NCBI RefSeq assembly: GCF_018350175.1
Contig: NC_058368.1
Span: 85,438,001 to 85,502,000, forward strand
Direction: 5' to 3'
From: Felis catus
Taxonomy: Eukaryota
Length of the DNA stretch: 64,000 bases
In this document: positions 24,341 through 37,400 of the stretch, in pieces
Position numbering within the stretch: position 1 is the first letter of the stretch
How the letters are laid out: every line of letters starts with the position of its first letter
Program-made: the position numbers and the translations under genes
Notes under the pieces: generated by a model
The model's database searches: none
What the model was told of the DNA's origin: nothing
Seen by the model: only the letters and a program-made list of their open reading frames with translations

Positions 24341-24699
24341 AAATAAAAGAAAATGAGTTTTGTTGTTTGTTTTTGTTTTTGTTTTTGTTTTTTGTTTTTG
24401 TTTGAAACCAAGTTCTAGGTAGAGTCAGCAAGTGTTTGGTATGCTGGTAAGAAACTTACAAGAGAAAACATGTATGTGACCCAACAAAGAGATGTTAGTA
24501 ACATTGACAATTCTTTCAGAGAATTAGTTGAGAATAAAATTTCATTTGGAGTGTGAAAAAGAAGAGAGATGAAAAAGTGGAAGTTTTTACTAGAATACTC
24601 TGAGGTATGAAAAGGAAACAATGCTTCATTATGGAATGTTTTGATTCATTTAAAAATAGGATGTACTAAATGGGTCTGCAAACTTAATCTAATATTTAA

Positions 24700-24900
24700 A
24701 TTTTTTTAACATTTATTTATTGTTGACAGACAAAGAGAGATAGAGCACAAACAGGGGAGGGACAGGGAAAGAGAGGGAGCTAAAAATCCTGAAGCAGGTT
24801 CCAGGCTCTGAGCTGTCAGCATAGAGTCTGATGTGGGGCTTGAACTCATGACCTGAGCTGAAGTTGGACACTTAATCGACTAAGCCACCCAAGTGGCCCC
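24700..24900 (-). mobile_element. CanSINE
   Basis: TSD AATCTAATATTTAAATT on both sides. Confidence 0.93.
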
Positions 24901-25237
24901 TGAATCTAATATTTAAATTAAGAAAAAGGCTCTTTGGAAGTCAGAGGAAGTTTCTGGTATGAGGATTGAGGTCTTTAAAAATGGCAAACATTGGTGAATT
25001 CAAAGCTTTCAATAAGAACCAGTACATTTCTCAGTTGTAATAGGCTAAAAGGTATTGTATATAAACAGAGGAAAGAGTATGTATTTATTATGGAAATAAT
25101 GCATTGAGTTCTTCACTGTTTTGATTTCCTCATTACAATGTAAGAATTAGTCATGAATTGGAGCATATTGAGAAGTTGAATAGTGACAGAGAAAGTAGGT
25201 TGATATGAAGAGTGAAAAGAAGGTAAAATGTAGTCTT

Positions 25238-25432
25238 TTATTAAAGTTTATTTATTTTGAGAGAAAGCGGAGGCAGGGACAGAGAGAGAGGGAGAGATAG
25301 AGAAAATCTCAAGCAGGTTCCATGCTCTCAGCACAGAGCCCAACACAGGGCTCAATCTCATGAACCAGGAGGTAATGACCTCAGCCAAAATCAAGAGTCA
25401 GATGTTTAACTGACTGAGCCACCCAGCACCCC
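25238..25432 (-). mobile_element. CanSINE
   Basis: TSD GTAAAATGTAGTCTT. Confidence 0.93.
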
Positions 25433-25819
25433 AGTAAAATGTAGTCTTGAATGGAAAAATTAAAATATCTCTGTAGTCATATCTTATCTCTTGCTATGGT
25501 TTATTGTCTTTTATCGTTTTTGAAGATGTATTTAAAATAAAACAAGTTAGCACAATTTAAAAATTATTCTCCAAAGTTATGACACTTTTCAAATATTGGT
25601 GAACTGTTAGCAGGCAGTGGAATTCTTCCAGGTGTGAAGGTGATAGAAGAGAATGTGTGTGACAGAAGAGAAAGCATATCCTTATTACAGATTTGGAATC
25701 AATAATTTATGGTAATATTGGTTGCAAATAACATAACAAGGGATTTGAGTTCCTGGAGAGGTCAAAATCGTTGGTGTGAAAATATGTGTTAAATTTCTGT
25801 TGTTAAAATAGAGACTAAG

Positions 25820-26030
25820 AGGGCTCCTGCGTGGCTCAGTTTAAGTGTCTGGTTTAGGTCATGATCTCACAGCACGTGAATTCAAGCCCCTCCTCGGGTT
25901 CTGTGCTGACCAGTTAGAGCCTGGATCCTGCTTTGGATTCTGTCTCTCTCTCTCCTTCTCTGCCCCTCCCCCGCTCACACTCCGTCTCTCTCAAAAATAA
26001 ATAAACATTAAAACATTTAAAAAACAAAAT
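25820..26030 (+). mobile_element. CanSINE
   Basis: Head GGGCTCCTGCGTGGCTCAG. Degenerate TSD AAAATAGAGACTAAGA / AAAATACAGAATAAGA. Confidence 0.9.
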
Positions 26031-27068
26031 AAAATACAGAATAAGAACAAAATGTATCAAAAATATGAAGGCACTTTATTTAATAAAGTAACAAATATCA
26101 GTATGGAGGAAATGCTTGTTATGTTGAACTCCTATCTGTTGACCTCAGAATAACTTCATCCTCCTGCCAGTTCCTTATGGTCATAAGAAGACTGTTACAT
26201 CTTCAAATAATTATTGGTATGAAAGGAAAAAAGCCATGAGAAATTAAAAAAAAATAATGATTGACAGCACTTAAGAGTGGCCTTTGCCACTTTCTGGCAA
26301 AACTCATCCAAGATTTTTCATTTAAATCTAATTGATCATTTCTAGTTGAATGGATATCTATAAGGGTTAATACTTTTAGCTAATCATTTGATTCCCACAA
26401 TGAAACTATCAAAGTCTCTTAATAATGAGGATGATTCTACATAACAGAGTCAGACGTCAGAAGCTGATATGCCTGAAGTCCATTCCTAAAGGATGCTGTT
26501 ACTGTCAGGGAGCTCTAGAGCAATAGCTCTCCATTAGACTTACCTTAGGGAAGATTAAAAAAAGTAATAAAGGAGTCACAATTCAGTCTAATTTTATCAA
26601 CATCCCTGGGAGATAGTCGAGGATACAATTCTGTATAGCCAGAGTTTTATTCTAGGCCCAAAAATTATTATATCCAAAACTGTGGTTTGTTGTCTGAGGG
26701 GGATAGAAGAAAAATAATGGAGTTAATCAAGTCAGGGGTCAGAAAGCACATGGATTCGGATGCATAAGTCATAAGAAGCTTGAAGTCACCAAGAAAGATA
26801 AATGAAGATGTGATGTAGATGACATCTTGGAACAAAATAAAGTGGGCATAGTTTTATCTCATGATAGTACTCCAACATAGTTGTTGGGTCAATGCATGAA
26901 AAAGTCAATGAAAATAACAAAAGTAATAACATTTACATAGTACCTGTCCTTCTAAGTACTTTAAAGGGTTTTAAACTGAGCCTAGATTACAAAATCGAAA
27001 ACAAACTTCTAAGTCAGTGAACATAAAGACAAACAGTATCCCAGATAATAAAATACCATGATTTTATT

Positions 27069-27686
27069 TTATTTTATTTTATTTTATTTTATTTTATTTT
27101 ATTTTATTTTATTTATGTATTTTAATTTTTATTTAATTTTTAGAAAGAGAGAGACCAAGACAGAGACAGAGCAGAATTTGGGGAGGGGAAGAGGGAAAGG
27201 GAGACACAGAATCTGAAGCAGGCTCCAAGCTCTGAGCTGTCAGCACAGAGCCCATTGCAGGGCTCAAACCCATGAACTGTGAGATCATGACCTGAGCCCA
27301 AGTCAGCTGCTTAATCAACTGAGTCACCCGGGCAAACCTTAATTTAATTTAATTTAATTTAATTTAATTAATTTAATTTAATTTAATTAATTTAATTTAA
27401 TTTTTTATTTCATTTCATTTCCTTTCATTATTCCTTTTCTTTTCTTTTCTTTTTTTCTTTTCTTTATTTTATGTTTATTTAAGTTTATTAATTTATTTTG
27501 AAGGAGACAGAGAGAGTGTGAGCTGGGGAAGGGCAGAGAGAGTGGGTGAGAGAGAGAATCCCAAGCAGGCTCTACACTGCCAGCCCAGAGTTTGATGTGG
27601 AGCTTGAATTCATGAAACCATGAGACCATGACCTAAGTTGAAATCAAGAATCAGACACTAAATGGACTGAGCTATCCAAGTGCCCC
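27069..27686 (-). mobile_element. Two tandem CanSINEs within one TSD
   Basis: SINE bodies at about 27130-27335 and 27470-27686, (ATTTT)n and (AATTT)n tails, and outer TSD TACCATGATTTTATT at 27054-27068 and 27687-27701. Confidence 0.9.
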
Positions 27687-27784
27687 TACCATGATTTTAT
27701 TAATGACTGCATTTTAATAGCCTGCTTTAGTTCAATTCTAAATAATATGAACATACTTTTAAATACCTGGGCTCATTTATTGGT

Positions 27785-28559
27785 AGTTCTGGGGGAGGAA
27801 AAAATTCCTCAACTCATCTTAGGTTCACTGACTGGGAGTCTCCAAATAGAATGACAGAAGACAGATTAATAACACAAAACAAATAAATTAATTAAACGCA
27901 TCATACATTTAATTACAATATACATGAATAACTCCAAGAAGCAGTTAAAATTTGAGTTTATATAGCATCTTAGCAAAGAATGAAAATTTTGGAGAAGAGA
28001 CAAGAAAAAGGGAAAAAAAGTCTTTGGGCCTTTAGTGTTGGCAAATTGTGGATAATCAAGTATACGGGGGAAACTGATGATAGAATATGGCAAGTTTAAA
28101 GGTTTGTTTTGGGGGGCTCCTGTGTGGCTCAGTTGGTTAAGCATCCGACTTTGGCTCAGGTCACAATCTCATGGTTTGTGAGTTTGAGCCCTTCATTAAA
28201 CTGTCTGCTCTCTGCACAAAGCCTGCTTTGGATTCTCTGTCCCCTTCTATCTCTGCCCCTCCTTCACTCTCTCACTCTCAAAATAAACATTAAACAAATA
28301 ACAATAAATAAAACATAAAAAGTTTGTTTTGTAGACTCCTCTGGTGCTATCTCTGGGTTGATAAGGATCTTGAGTTGTCTCCAGTGATTAATTTCTGTCC
28401 TTCTTATTAGAAAGAGGATGGGGGCAACTTTACAAAATTATGTCCTGTTTTTAAGCATAGAGTGGAATTTTTTTGTACTGCTTTTTAATTGTCTTTGGTT
28501 AAAAATAATCAATAAATCAAAGTGGCACATTTTGGGGTGAAATATCTCACTGCTTTTCA
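27785..28559 (-). mobile_element. ERV1 solo LTR, MER34/MER39-like, interrupted by a CanSINE (28111-28317, +)
   Basis: The minus strand begins TGAAAAGCAGTGAGATATTTCACCCCAAAATGTGCCACTTTG, a MER34-type 5' end. SINE TSD AAAGGTTTGTTTT / AAAAGTTTGTTTT. Confidence 0.7.
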
Positions 28560-28769
28560 TTCTTCCATTCCCCTCTATAAAGGGAGAGAAAAGCATTAAC
28601 TGGAACATGCAGAAAAGAACACATAGAAGATATGAGATATGGAGAATTTTTGCAATGCACACATATTCACACACACACACACACACACAATATAAAATAC
28701 TGTTGAGAGAAACATAATGTATTATGAAAGGAAAGGAATTACATGTTCATGTATTTTAAAGCTTCAACA

Positions 28770-29660
28770 ATTTTAATTGAATTTTTATTTCCACATAACG
28801 GTATATTTACATGCCATTAAAATGCAAAGAGAAGTCCTATGTATACCTTACCGAATTTTCCCAATGATAAAATATTTCAAAACCTTAGCAAAAGATCACA
28901 TGCACAATAATGTCATTAATACAGACCAGATGCAGAACAGTACCATCACCACAAGAATCCCTTTTATATCTACATCCACTCTATATCCTTCAGTAAATCC
29001 CAGAATCACTTAACTGTTTTCTATTTCTAAAATGTTGCCATTGCAAGAATGTTGTATAATTTGAATAATATAGCATGTAAACTTCAAAAGGTGATTTTTT
29101 AAAGGTCGAGGCAATTATTTAGAGGAATTTTAGATTCACAGAAAAATGCAGGAAAAAGTACAAAAAATTCCCATATAGCCCCCTTCCCCCACAGATGCAT
29201 ATACACTGTCATTATTAACAATCCCCACCAGGGTAGTGCATTAGCTATATTTGATGAACTTACACCCACATATCATAATCAGCCAAAGTCCATGTTTATA
29301 CTAGAGTTTACTTCTGGTGTTGTACATACTGTGGGATTGGACAAATGTATAATGCCATGTACACATCTTATGCACCATAGAGAGCATTTTTACTGACCTA
29401 AAGATTCTCAGTGACCTTTTCACTCTCTCTTACACCAATCTTTCCTCTCTTTACCCTACCCATATTGTTACCTTTTCCATAATATTATACAATTGGTATC
29501 ATAAAGTATGCAGCCTTAAAATATAGGCTATTTTCACTTAGTAATACACATTTAAAATTCATCCATGTCTTTTCATGGCTTGATAGATTACTTCTTTTTA
29601 TCAGTAAAAAAGCATTCCATTGTTTGGATGTATCAAAGTTTATTTATCATTTTCCCTGGA
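28770..29660 (-). mobile_element. Old L1M-type 3' end fragments (two nested)
   Basis: Old L1 3'UTR motifs such as TTTTAGATTCACAGAAAAAT and TTTTCACTTAGTAATACACATTTAAAATTCATCCATGT. Confidence 0.7.
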
Positions 29661-32600
29661 AGAATAGCTGAAACTAAAGTGTGTATAAATTAGGGGGATT
29701 GGGGGTTCCACACACACAAGGTACTTTGGCAGGATAGCTGAAGTGGATGTAGACCCAGATGTTTCATGATTCTGTACAGATTGTGCCCTACAGGGGTGGC
29801 TGGAGCTGAGGTGTTTTATAGGCTAGGAGGCCCTGGGGCACTCCATGCAGTGGGTACCCTCTGAGGAAAGTTAAATTTAATATGGGTATGAGTGGCTGTG
29901 GTATCTGGGTTCTCCATGAAATGCATGCCCTTACAAGACAGCTGATGATGACTTGTGTGCAAACTGGGCTGTTCCAAGGTGCTCAGTGCAAGGGAGTTCC
30001 ATGGATGGCTGACTACAGTCAATGTAGGCATGAGCCAGGGGTTCATGGGTCTCTGTGCAAAGGGGCACACTGGAAAAGTGGATAGATCTGAAGTAGATAT
30101 CACCCAGTGCATTCTGGAGTGCTCTGTGTCAAGGGTGCCCTAGCAAGCTGTCTGAAGCCAAAGTGGTATGAACCTGGAGTATTGTAGGGGTTGTGCATTT
30201 GTAACCTTGGCATGAAGGCTGGAACTGCAGTTGGTGCTAATCAGGGTGTTCTAGTGAGAACTGCCCTGTGGCCACCTTGGTGGGATGGCTGGATCTGGTG
30301 TAGTCTAGGGCCCCTGGGCTCTCTGAGGTGCAGGTCAGTTGGGATGCTCCAACTGTGCATTCACTGGTCTGTGCTTTCAAGATGTAGGGGTATGTAAACG
30401 TTGTGTCTTAGCCAATCCCACCCCAAGAGTGTTCCGGCAGCTCTTTCACCTTTTGGGAGAGTTCTAGATCTGGCTCTCTTATGGGTTAATTTTTCCTTAA
30501 AAGCTCAACTTTTTTTTAAGTTTATGTATTTTGAGAAAGAAAAAAAGAAAGAGAGAGAGAGAGGGGGAGAATTCTCCAAGCAAGCTCTTCACTGCCAGCA
30601 CAAAGACCGACATGGGCCTCAAACTAAAGAACTGTGAGATAATGACCTGAGCTGAAGTCAAGAGTCAGATGCTTAACCGATTGAGCCACACAGGCACCCC
30701 TAAAAACTCAGCTTTTTAATTGTGCCACAGTGTGACAGGGGCAATGTGAACTACAGGACCTGGGGCTTGTTGAAGCAGCAACCTGGCTATGGGGTCCAGA
30801 CCCTGCTCTGGTCTGCACTTTCAAGATGGTGGGGGGAAGCATAAACCATGTCATTCTCCATTCTTCCTGACCCATAGAGAGTTCCAGTAGCCCCTCTGCA
30901 ATTTGGAGGAGTTTGGGGCTGGCTCTTTCATGAACTAGTTGTTTCTAAAACTGACTGTTTTCTGTGCCCAAGGAAAGATAAATCTTCCCACTTCCTAAGT
31001 AGTATCCTTCCCCATGGCAGTTCAAAACATCAGGGGTGGAAGTCCCTTTCATTAATGTGTCTCTGTCTTTATCACTATTCTCTTTCTATATTCACTCTTT
31101 GATTGCACAGATGTTCAGTCAGCCTTCAGTTCTTCTGGAGGAATTGCTCTATAAATAGGTGTAATTTTTTGTGTTCTGTGGAGGAGGTGAGTTAGTGTCT
31201 TTCTATGTCACCGTCTTATACCAGAACTCTCTTCTCATGTGTTTTTTATATAAGTTATTGAATTCTTTATCCCTGACTGGTTCTGTTTTATATTTTCTAT
31301 CTCTTTGTAGAAGTTCTCACTGAGTAAATTCAGTGCCCCCCACACACAGATCTAGTGAGTGACTTTATGACCATTACTTTGAATTCTTTATCAGACATAT
31401 TGCTTATCTCAGTTTCATTTAACTCTTTTGCTGTGATTTTGTCTTGTTCTTTCATTTGAGACATATTTCTCCTTGTCTTCATTTTATCTAACTCTCTGTG
31501 ATTGTTTCTATGTGTTAGAAATGTTTGCTACCTCTCTTTTTCTTGAAGGTAGAAGAGGTCCTGTGGTGCCCTGTAGCACAAGGCCCCTTGGTGACAGGAC
31601 CAGGTGGTCTGGTGTTGTCTTCTGTGTGGTCTATGTATGCTCCACTGTTGTGGTTGAGCCACATTTGTCTTCATCTTCATCACCTGCAATGACCCACTTT
31701 GCTTGCTGTGGGTGCACACGTCAGGCTTTGTTTCTTTCACTGTCAGGTGCCTGTCTGAGGCCATAGTGAGCTCACAGATGAGAAGGAAGAGCAGTCTAGA
31801 GATCTTCAATTAGTCTCTCTGCTTCAATTGTGGGCAAGCGACAAGGCTGGCCTGTTGAAACTGCTAATGAGCTGTTGTGTGGGGTTATCTCCCCCATTTC
31901 CCAGAGCAGGAGTCACTTTGGACTGGTGCTGGTGAGTCAGAGATGCTTTGGGGAGACACCTACAAAGGCAGGCAGATTGACTGTGGCTTGTCTGCAGGGG
32001 CACATGAAGGTGGGGCTCATGGTGTTAGTCAGAGACGTGGACAGTGTTAGTTCTGGTTCCCACAAGTGTCTGGCTATCTAAGCTGGCAGAGAGGAAAATT
32101 AATGACATCCACCAGCACTTTTGTACCTACAAAAGTCTCCTGAATATCCCTGCCCCTCCAGTGCATGTTCTCAGATTAGTAAATAAATCTCCACGTACAC
32201 ACCAGATGCTTTTCAAATTGTTCTTTCTGTGCTGTATGTCATACAGGGTTATTTATTAGGCTTGGTCTTTAAAGGTGAGGACTGAGTTTCATTTCTCACT
32301 TGCTTCTCCCAGAGTTAAGTCCACTGATTTTTAAGTATGCAGGGTTAGACCCTGCTGATTTTAAAAGCTCCTGAATTTAAGCCTCACTGATTTTCAAACC
32401 ATATGTTATGGGAACTCATTTCCCAATGCAGGTCCCCAGTGACTAGAGTCCTTGGAATGGTGTCTGAGCCTCTCATTTCTATGTGCTTGTGGTGTCCTTC
32501 CTGTTTGTGATTAGTCTTGCCAAGGGGAGGTTGGTTCCCAATTGTGTCTCTGCCTCTTCCACCCTTTATGATGTGGCCTCCTCTCTAGGATTAACTGTAG

Positions 32601-32710
32601 AAGGTTTACTGTCAGTACTCTGATCATTTTAAGTTAGTTTTACAAATGTAGCTGTTATCTCAGTGTGTCTATGGGACAAGGTGACCTCAGGATCCTCCTA
32701 TCCCCACCTT
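29660..32710 (-). mobile_element. Two adjacent L1 5' regions (5'UTR at about 29660-31220; ORF1 start plus 5'UTR at about 31230-32710), with a CanSINE at about 30510-30700
   Basis: L1 5' termini at about 31200-31220 and 32690-32710 (GGATCCTCCTATCCCCACCTT). The second region resembles 9500-11270. Confidence 0.7.
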
Positions 32711-32729
32711 TTATTTCTTTTTCTTTTTC

Positions 32730-33600
32730 TTTCCCAATTGTTCTTGCTAGAAATTCTAATGCTATATTATTAGAAATGATGAAAGGTATCATCTTTCTCT
32801 TGTTTCCAAACACAGGGGAAATGCTACATTGTTAAACCATTAAGTATAATTAATGTAAGTTGTGGGCTTGTGATATATGGCTTTTATTATCTTGAGGTAA
32901 TATATTGTTCTTTCTGCTTTTTGAGTGTTCATTTTGTTTTATCATGAAAGGGTTTGACCTTTGTCAATTGCTTTTCTGCATTAGTTGAGATAATTAGGTT
33001 TTTTATTCCTTTTTTCTATTAATGTGGTATATTACATTATGGATTATTCCATATTGAATCATCCTTGAATTACAAAAATAAATTGTATTTTTCATGGTGT
33101 ATGATTGCTTTAATGTGCTGCTGCCTTCAGTTTCTTAGTAGTTTAATGATGATTTTTGTGTCTGTATTCAACAGATATGCTGTTACATAGAATTTTATTC
33201 TTGTAGTAACTTTCTGTCGATTTGGTATTAGATTAATGCAGTCCTCACAGAATGAAATAGGACTTTATTCCTTTCCTAGAATTTTTTGAAGAGTTTCAAA
33301 AGATTAGTGCTAATGCACTTTCATATATTTAGACATTTGATTTTAATCTGTGTGTTGTTGAGATGTTGTGATTACTGTTTCAGTATTCTGTTGTTTTATT
33401 TTTCTTTAATTTAATTTTTATTTTGTCTGGTATTGATATAGCCATCTCAACTCTCTTTTGAATATTGTGTACATGTTCATTTTTTCATTTTCAAATTGTT
33501 TGTGTGCTTGGATCTATAGTAAGTGTCTTCTAGACATTTAGTTGGATCATTTGTTTAAGCCATTTTGCTACTATATGCCTTTCCATAGGGAATTTAACCA
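32730..33600 (-). mobile_element. Old L1 ORF2 fragment
   Basis: Antisense RT-region motifs (TTGTCAATTGCTTTTCTGCAT, GATTTGGTATTAG). Confidence 0.75.
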
Positions 33601-33623
33601 ATTTATTTAAAAAAATAAGTTTT

Positions 33624-33768
33624 GGGGGCACCTGGGTGGTTCAATTGGTTAAGCGTCTGACTCTTGATTTTGGCTCAGGTCTTGAACTCACAGTTTGTGA
33701 GATCAAGCACCGTGTCAGGATCTGTGCTTACAGAGCAGAAGCTGCTTGGGATTCTCTTTCTCTCAAAA

Positions 33769-33803
<35 letters not shown>

Positions 33804-33810
33804 ATATTTA
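33624..33810 (+). mobile_element. CanSINE with (TAAA)n tail
   Basis: TSD AAAAATAAGTTTT / AAAACTAAGTTTT. Confidence 0.92.
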
Positions 33811-34489
33811 AAAAACTAAGTTTTTATTTAAATTTCAGGTAGTTAGCATACACTCTAATACTAATTTCAAGTGTACAATACAGTGATTCAACACTTACGT
33901 ACAACACCTGGTACTCATCACAAGTGTACTCCTTAATCCCCATCACCTATTTAACCCATCCCCCACCAAACTCCCTTCTGGTAACTGTCAGTTCATTCTC
34001 TATACTTAAGAATTTGTTTCTTGATTTACCTCTTTGTCTGTTTACTTTGCCTTATTTCATTTATTTTGTTTCTTAATTTCCACATAGGAGTGAAATCATA
34101 TGATGTTTGTCTTTCTTCAATAGCCTTATTTTACTTAGAATAATATTCTCTAGCTCCATGCATGTCATTGAACATGGCAAGATTTCATTTCTTCTTAAGT
34201 CTGAGTAATATATCATTGTATATATATACCATATATTCTTTATTCATTTTTTTATTTTTATTTTTGTTACTATGAAATTTATTGTCAAATTGGTTTCCAT
34301 ACAACACTCAGTGCTCATCCCAAAAGGTGCCCTCCTCAATACCCATCACCCACCCTCCTCTCCCTCCCACCCCCTATCAACACTCAGTTTGTTCTCAGTT
34401 TTTAAGAGTCTCTTATGCTTTGGCTCTCTTCCTCTATAACCTCTTTTTTTTTTTTTCTTCTCCTCCCCCATGGACTTCTGTTAAGTTTC

Positions 34490-37400
34490 TCAGGATCCAC
34501 ATAAGAGTGAAAACATATAGTATCTGTCTTTCTCTGTATGACTTATTTCACTTAGCATCACACTCTCCAGTTCCATCCACGTTGCTACAAAAGGCCATAT
34601 TTCATTTTTTCTCATTGCCACGTAGTACTCCATTGTGTATATAAGCCACAATTTCTTTATCCATTCATCAGTTGATGGAACTTTACACTCTTTCCATAAT
34701 TTGGCTATTGTTGAAAGTGCTGCTATAAACATTGGGGTACAAATGCCCCTATGCATCAGCACTCCTGTATCCCTTGGGTAAATTCCTAGCAGTGCTATTG
34801 CTGGGTCATACAATAGATCTATTTTTAATATTTTGAGGAACCTCCACACTGTTTTCCAGAGTGGCTGCACCAGTTTGCATTTCCACCAACAGTGCAAGAG
34901 GGTTCCCATTTCTCCACGTCCTCTCCATCATCTATACTCTCCTGATTTGTTCATTTTAGCCACTCTGACTGGCATGAGGTGATATCTGAGTGTGGTTTTG
35001 ATTTGTATTTCCTTGATGAGGAGCAACATTGAGCATCTTTTCATGTGCCTGTTGGCCATCTGGATGTCTCCTTTAGAGAAGTGTCTATTCATGTTTCCTG
35101 CCCATTTCTTCACTGGATTATGTGTTTTTCAGGTGTGGAGTTTGGTGAGCTCTTTATAGATTTCGGATACTAGCCCTTTGTCCGATATGTCATTTGCGAA
35201 TATCTTTTCCCATTCCGTTGGTTGCCTTTTAGTTTTGTTGATTGTTTCCTTTGCTGTGCAGAAGCTTTTTATCTTCATGAGGTCCCAATAGTTCAATTTT
35301 GCTTTTAATTCACTTGCCTTTGGAGATGTGTCAAGTAAGAGATTGCTGCGGCTGAGGTCAGAGAGGTCTTTTCCTGCTTTCTCCTCTAGGGTTTTGATGG
35401 TCTCCTGTCTCACATTCAGGTCCTTTATCCATTTTGAGTTTGTTTTTATGAATGGTATAAGAAAGTGGTCTAGTTTCATCCTTCTGCATGTTGCTGTCCG
35501 GTTCTCCCAGCACCATTTGTTAAAGAGACTGTCTTTTTTCCATTGGATATTCTTTCCTGTTTTGTCAAAGATTAGTTGGCCATACTTTTGTGGGTCTAGT
35601 TCTGGGGTTTCTATTCTATTCCATTGGTCTATGTGTCTGTTTTTGTGCCAGTACCATGCTGTCTTGATGATTACAGCTTTGTGGTAGAGGCTAAAGTCTG
35701 GGGTTGTGATGCCTCCTGCTTTGGTCTTCTTCTTCAAAATTATGTTGGCTAGTTGGGGCCATTCGTGGTTCCATACAAATTTTAGGATTGCTTGTTCTAG
35801 CTTTGAGAAGAATGCTGGTGCAATTTTGATTGGGATTGCATTGAATGTGTAGATAGCTTTGGGTAGTATTGACATTTTAACAATATTTATTCTTCCAACC
35901 CATGAGCACGGAATGTTTTTCCATTTCTTTATATCTTCTTCAATTTCCTTCCTAAGTTTCCTATAGTTTTCAGCATACAGATCTTTTACATCTTTGGTTA
36001 GGTTTATTCCTAGGTATTTTATGATTCTTGGTGTCATTGTGAATGGGATCAGTTTTTTATTTGTCTTTCTGTTGCTTCATTATTAGTGTATAAGAATGCA
36101 ACTGATTTCTGTACATTGATTTTGTATCCTGCAACTTTGCTGAATTCATGTATCAGTTCTAGCAGACTTTTGGTGGAATCTATCGGATTTTCCACGTACA
36201 ATATCATGTCATCTGCAAAAAGTGAAAGCTTATCTTCATCTGTGCCAATTTTGATGCCTTTGATTTCCTTTTGTTGTCTGATTGATGATGCTAGCACTTC
36301 CAACACTATGTTAAACAAGAGCGGTGAGAATGGACCTCCCTGTCGTGTTCCTGATCTCAGGGGAAAAGCTCTCAGTTTTTCCCCATTGAGGATGATGTTA
36401 GCTGTGGGCTTTTCATAAATGGCTTTTATGATCTTTAAGTATGTTCCTTCCATTCTGACTTTCTCGAGGGTTTTCATTAAGAAAGAATGTTGAATTTTTT
36501 CAAATGCATTTTCTGCATTGATTGACAGGATCATATGGTTCTTATATTTTCTCTTATTAATGTGATGTATCATATTGATTGATTTGCGAATGTTGAACCA
36601 TTCCCGCAGTCCAGGAATGAATCCCACTTGATCATGGTGAATAATGCTTTTTATGTGCTGTTGAATTCGATTTGCTAGTATCTTACTGAGAATTTTTGCA
36701 TCCATATTCATCAGGGATATTGGCCTGTAGTTCTCTTTTTTTTACTGGGTCTCTGTCTGGTTTAGGAATCAAAGTATTTCTGGCTTCATAGAATGAGTCT
36801 GGAAGTTTTTCTTCCCTTTCTATTTCCTGGAATAGCTTGAGAAGGATAGGTATTAACTCTGCTTTAAATGTCTGGTAGAGGGGCGCCTGGGTGGCTCAGC
36901 CAGTTGAGCGACTGACTTTGGCTCAGGTCACGATCTTGCAGTCCGTGAGTTCAGGCCCCGCGACGGGCTGTGTGCTGACAGCTCCGAGCCTGGAGACTGT
37001 TTCTGATTCTGTGTCTCCCTCTCTCTCTGACCCTCCCCCGTTCATGCTCTGTCTCTCTCTGTCTCAAAAATAAATAAATGTTTAAAAAAATTTTTTTTTA
37101 AATTAAAAAAAAATTTAAAAAAAATGTCTGGTAGAATTCTCCAGGAAACCATCTGGTCCTGGACTCTTATTTGTTAGGAGATTTTTGATAACTGTTTCAA
37201 TTTCTTCACTGGTTATGGGTCTATTCAAGCTTTCTATTTCTTCCTGTTTGAGTTTTGGAAGTGTGTGGGTGTTTAGGAATTTGTCCATTTCTTCTCGATT
37301 GTCCAGTTTGTTGGCATATAACTTTTCATAGTATTCCCTGATAATTGCTTATATTTCTGAGGGATTGGTTGTAATAGTTCCCTTTTCAATCATGATTTTA

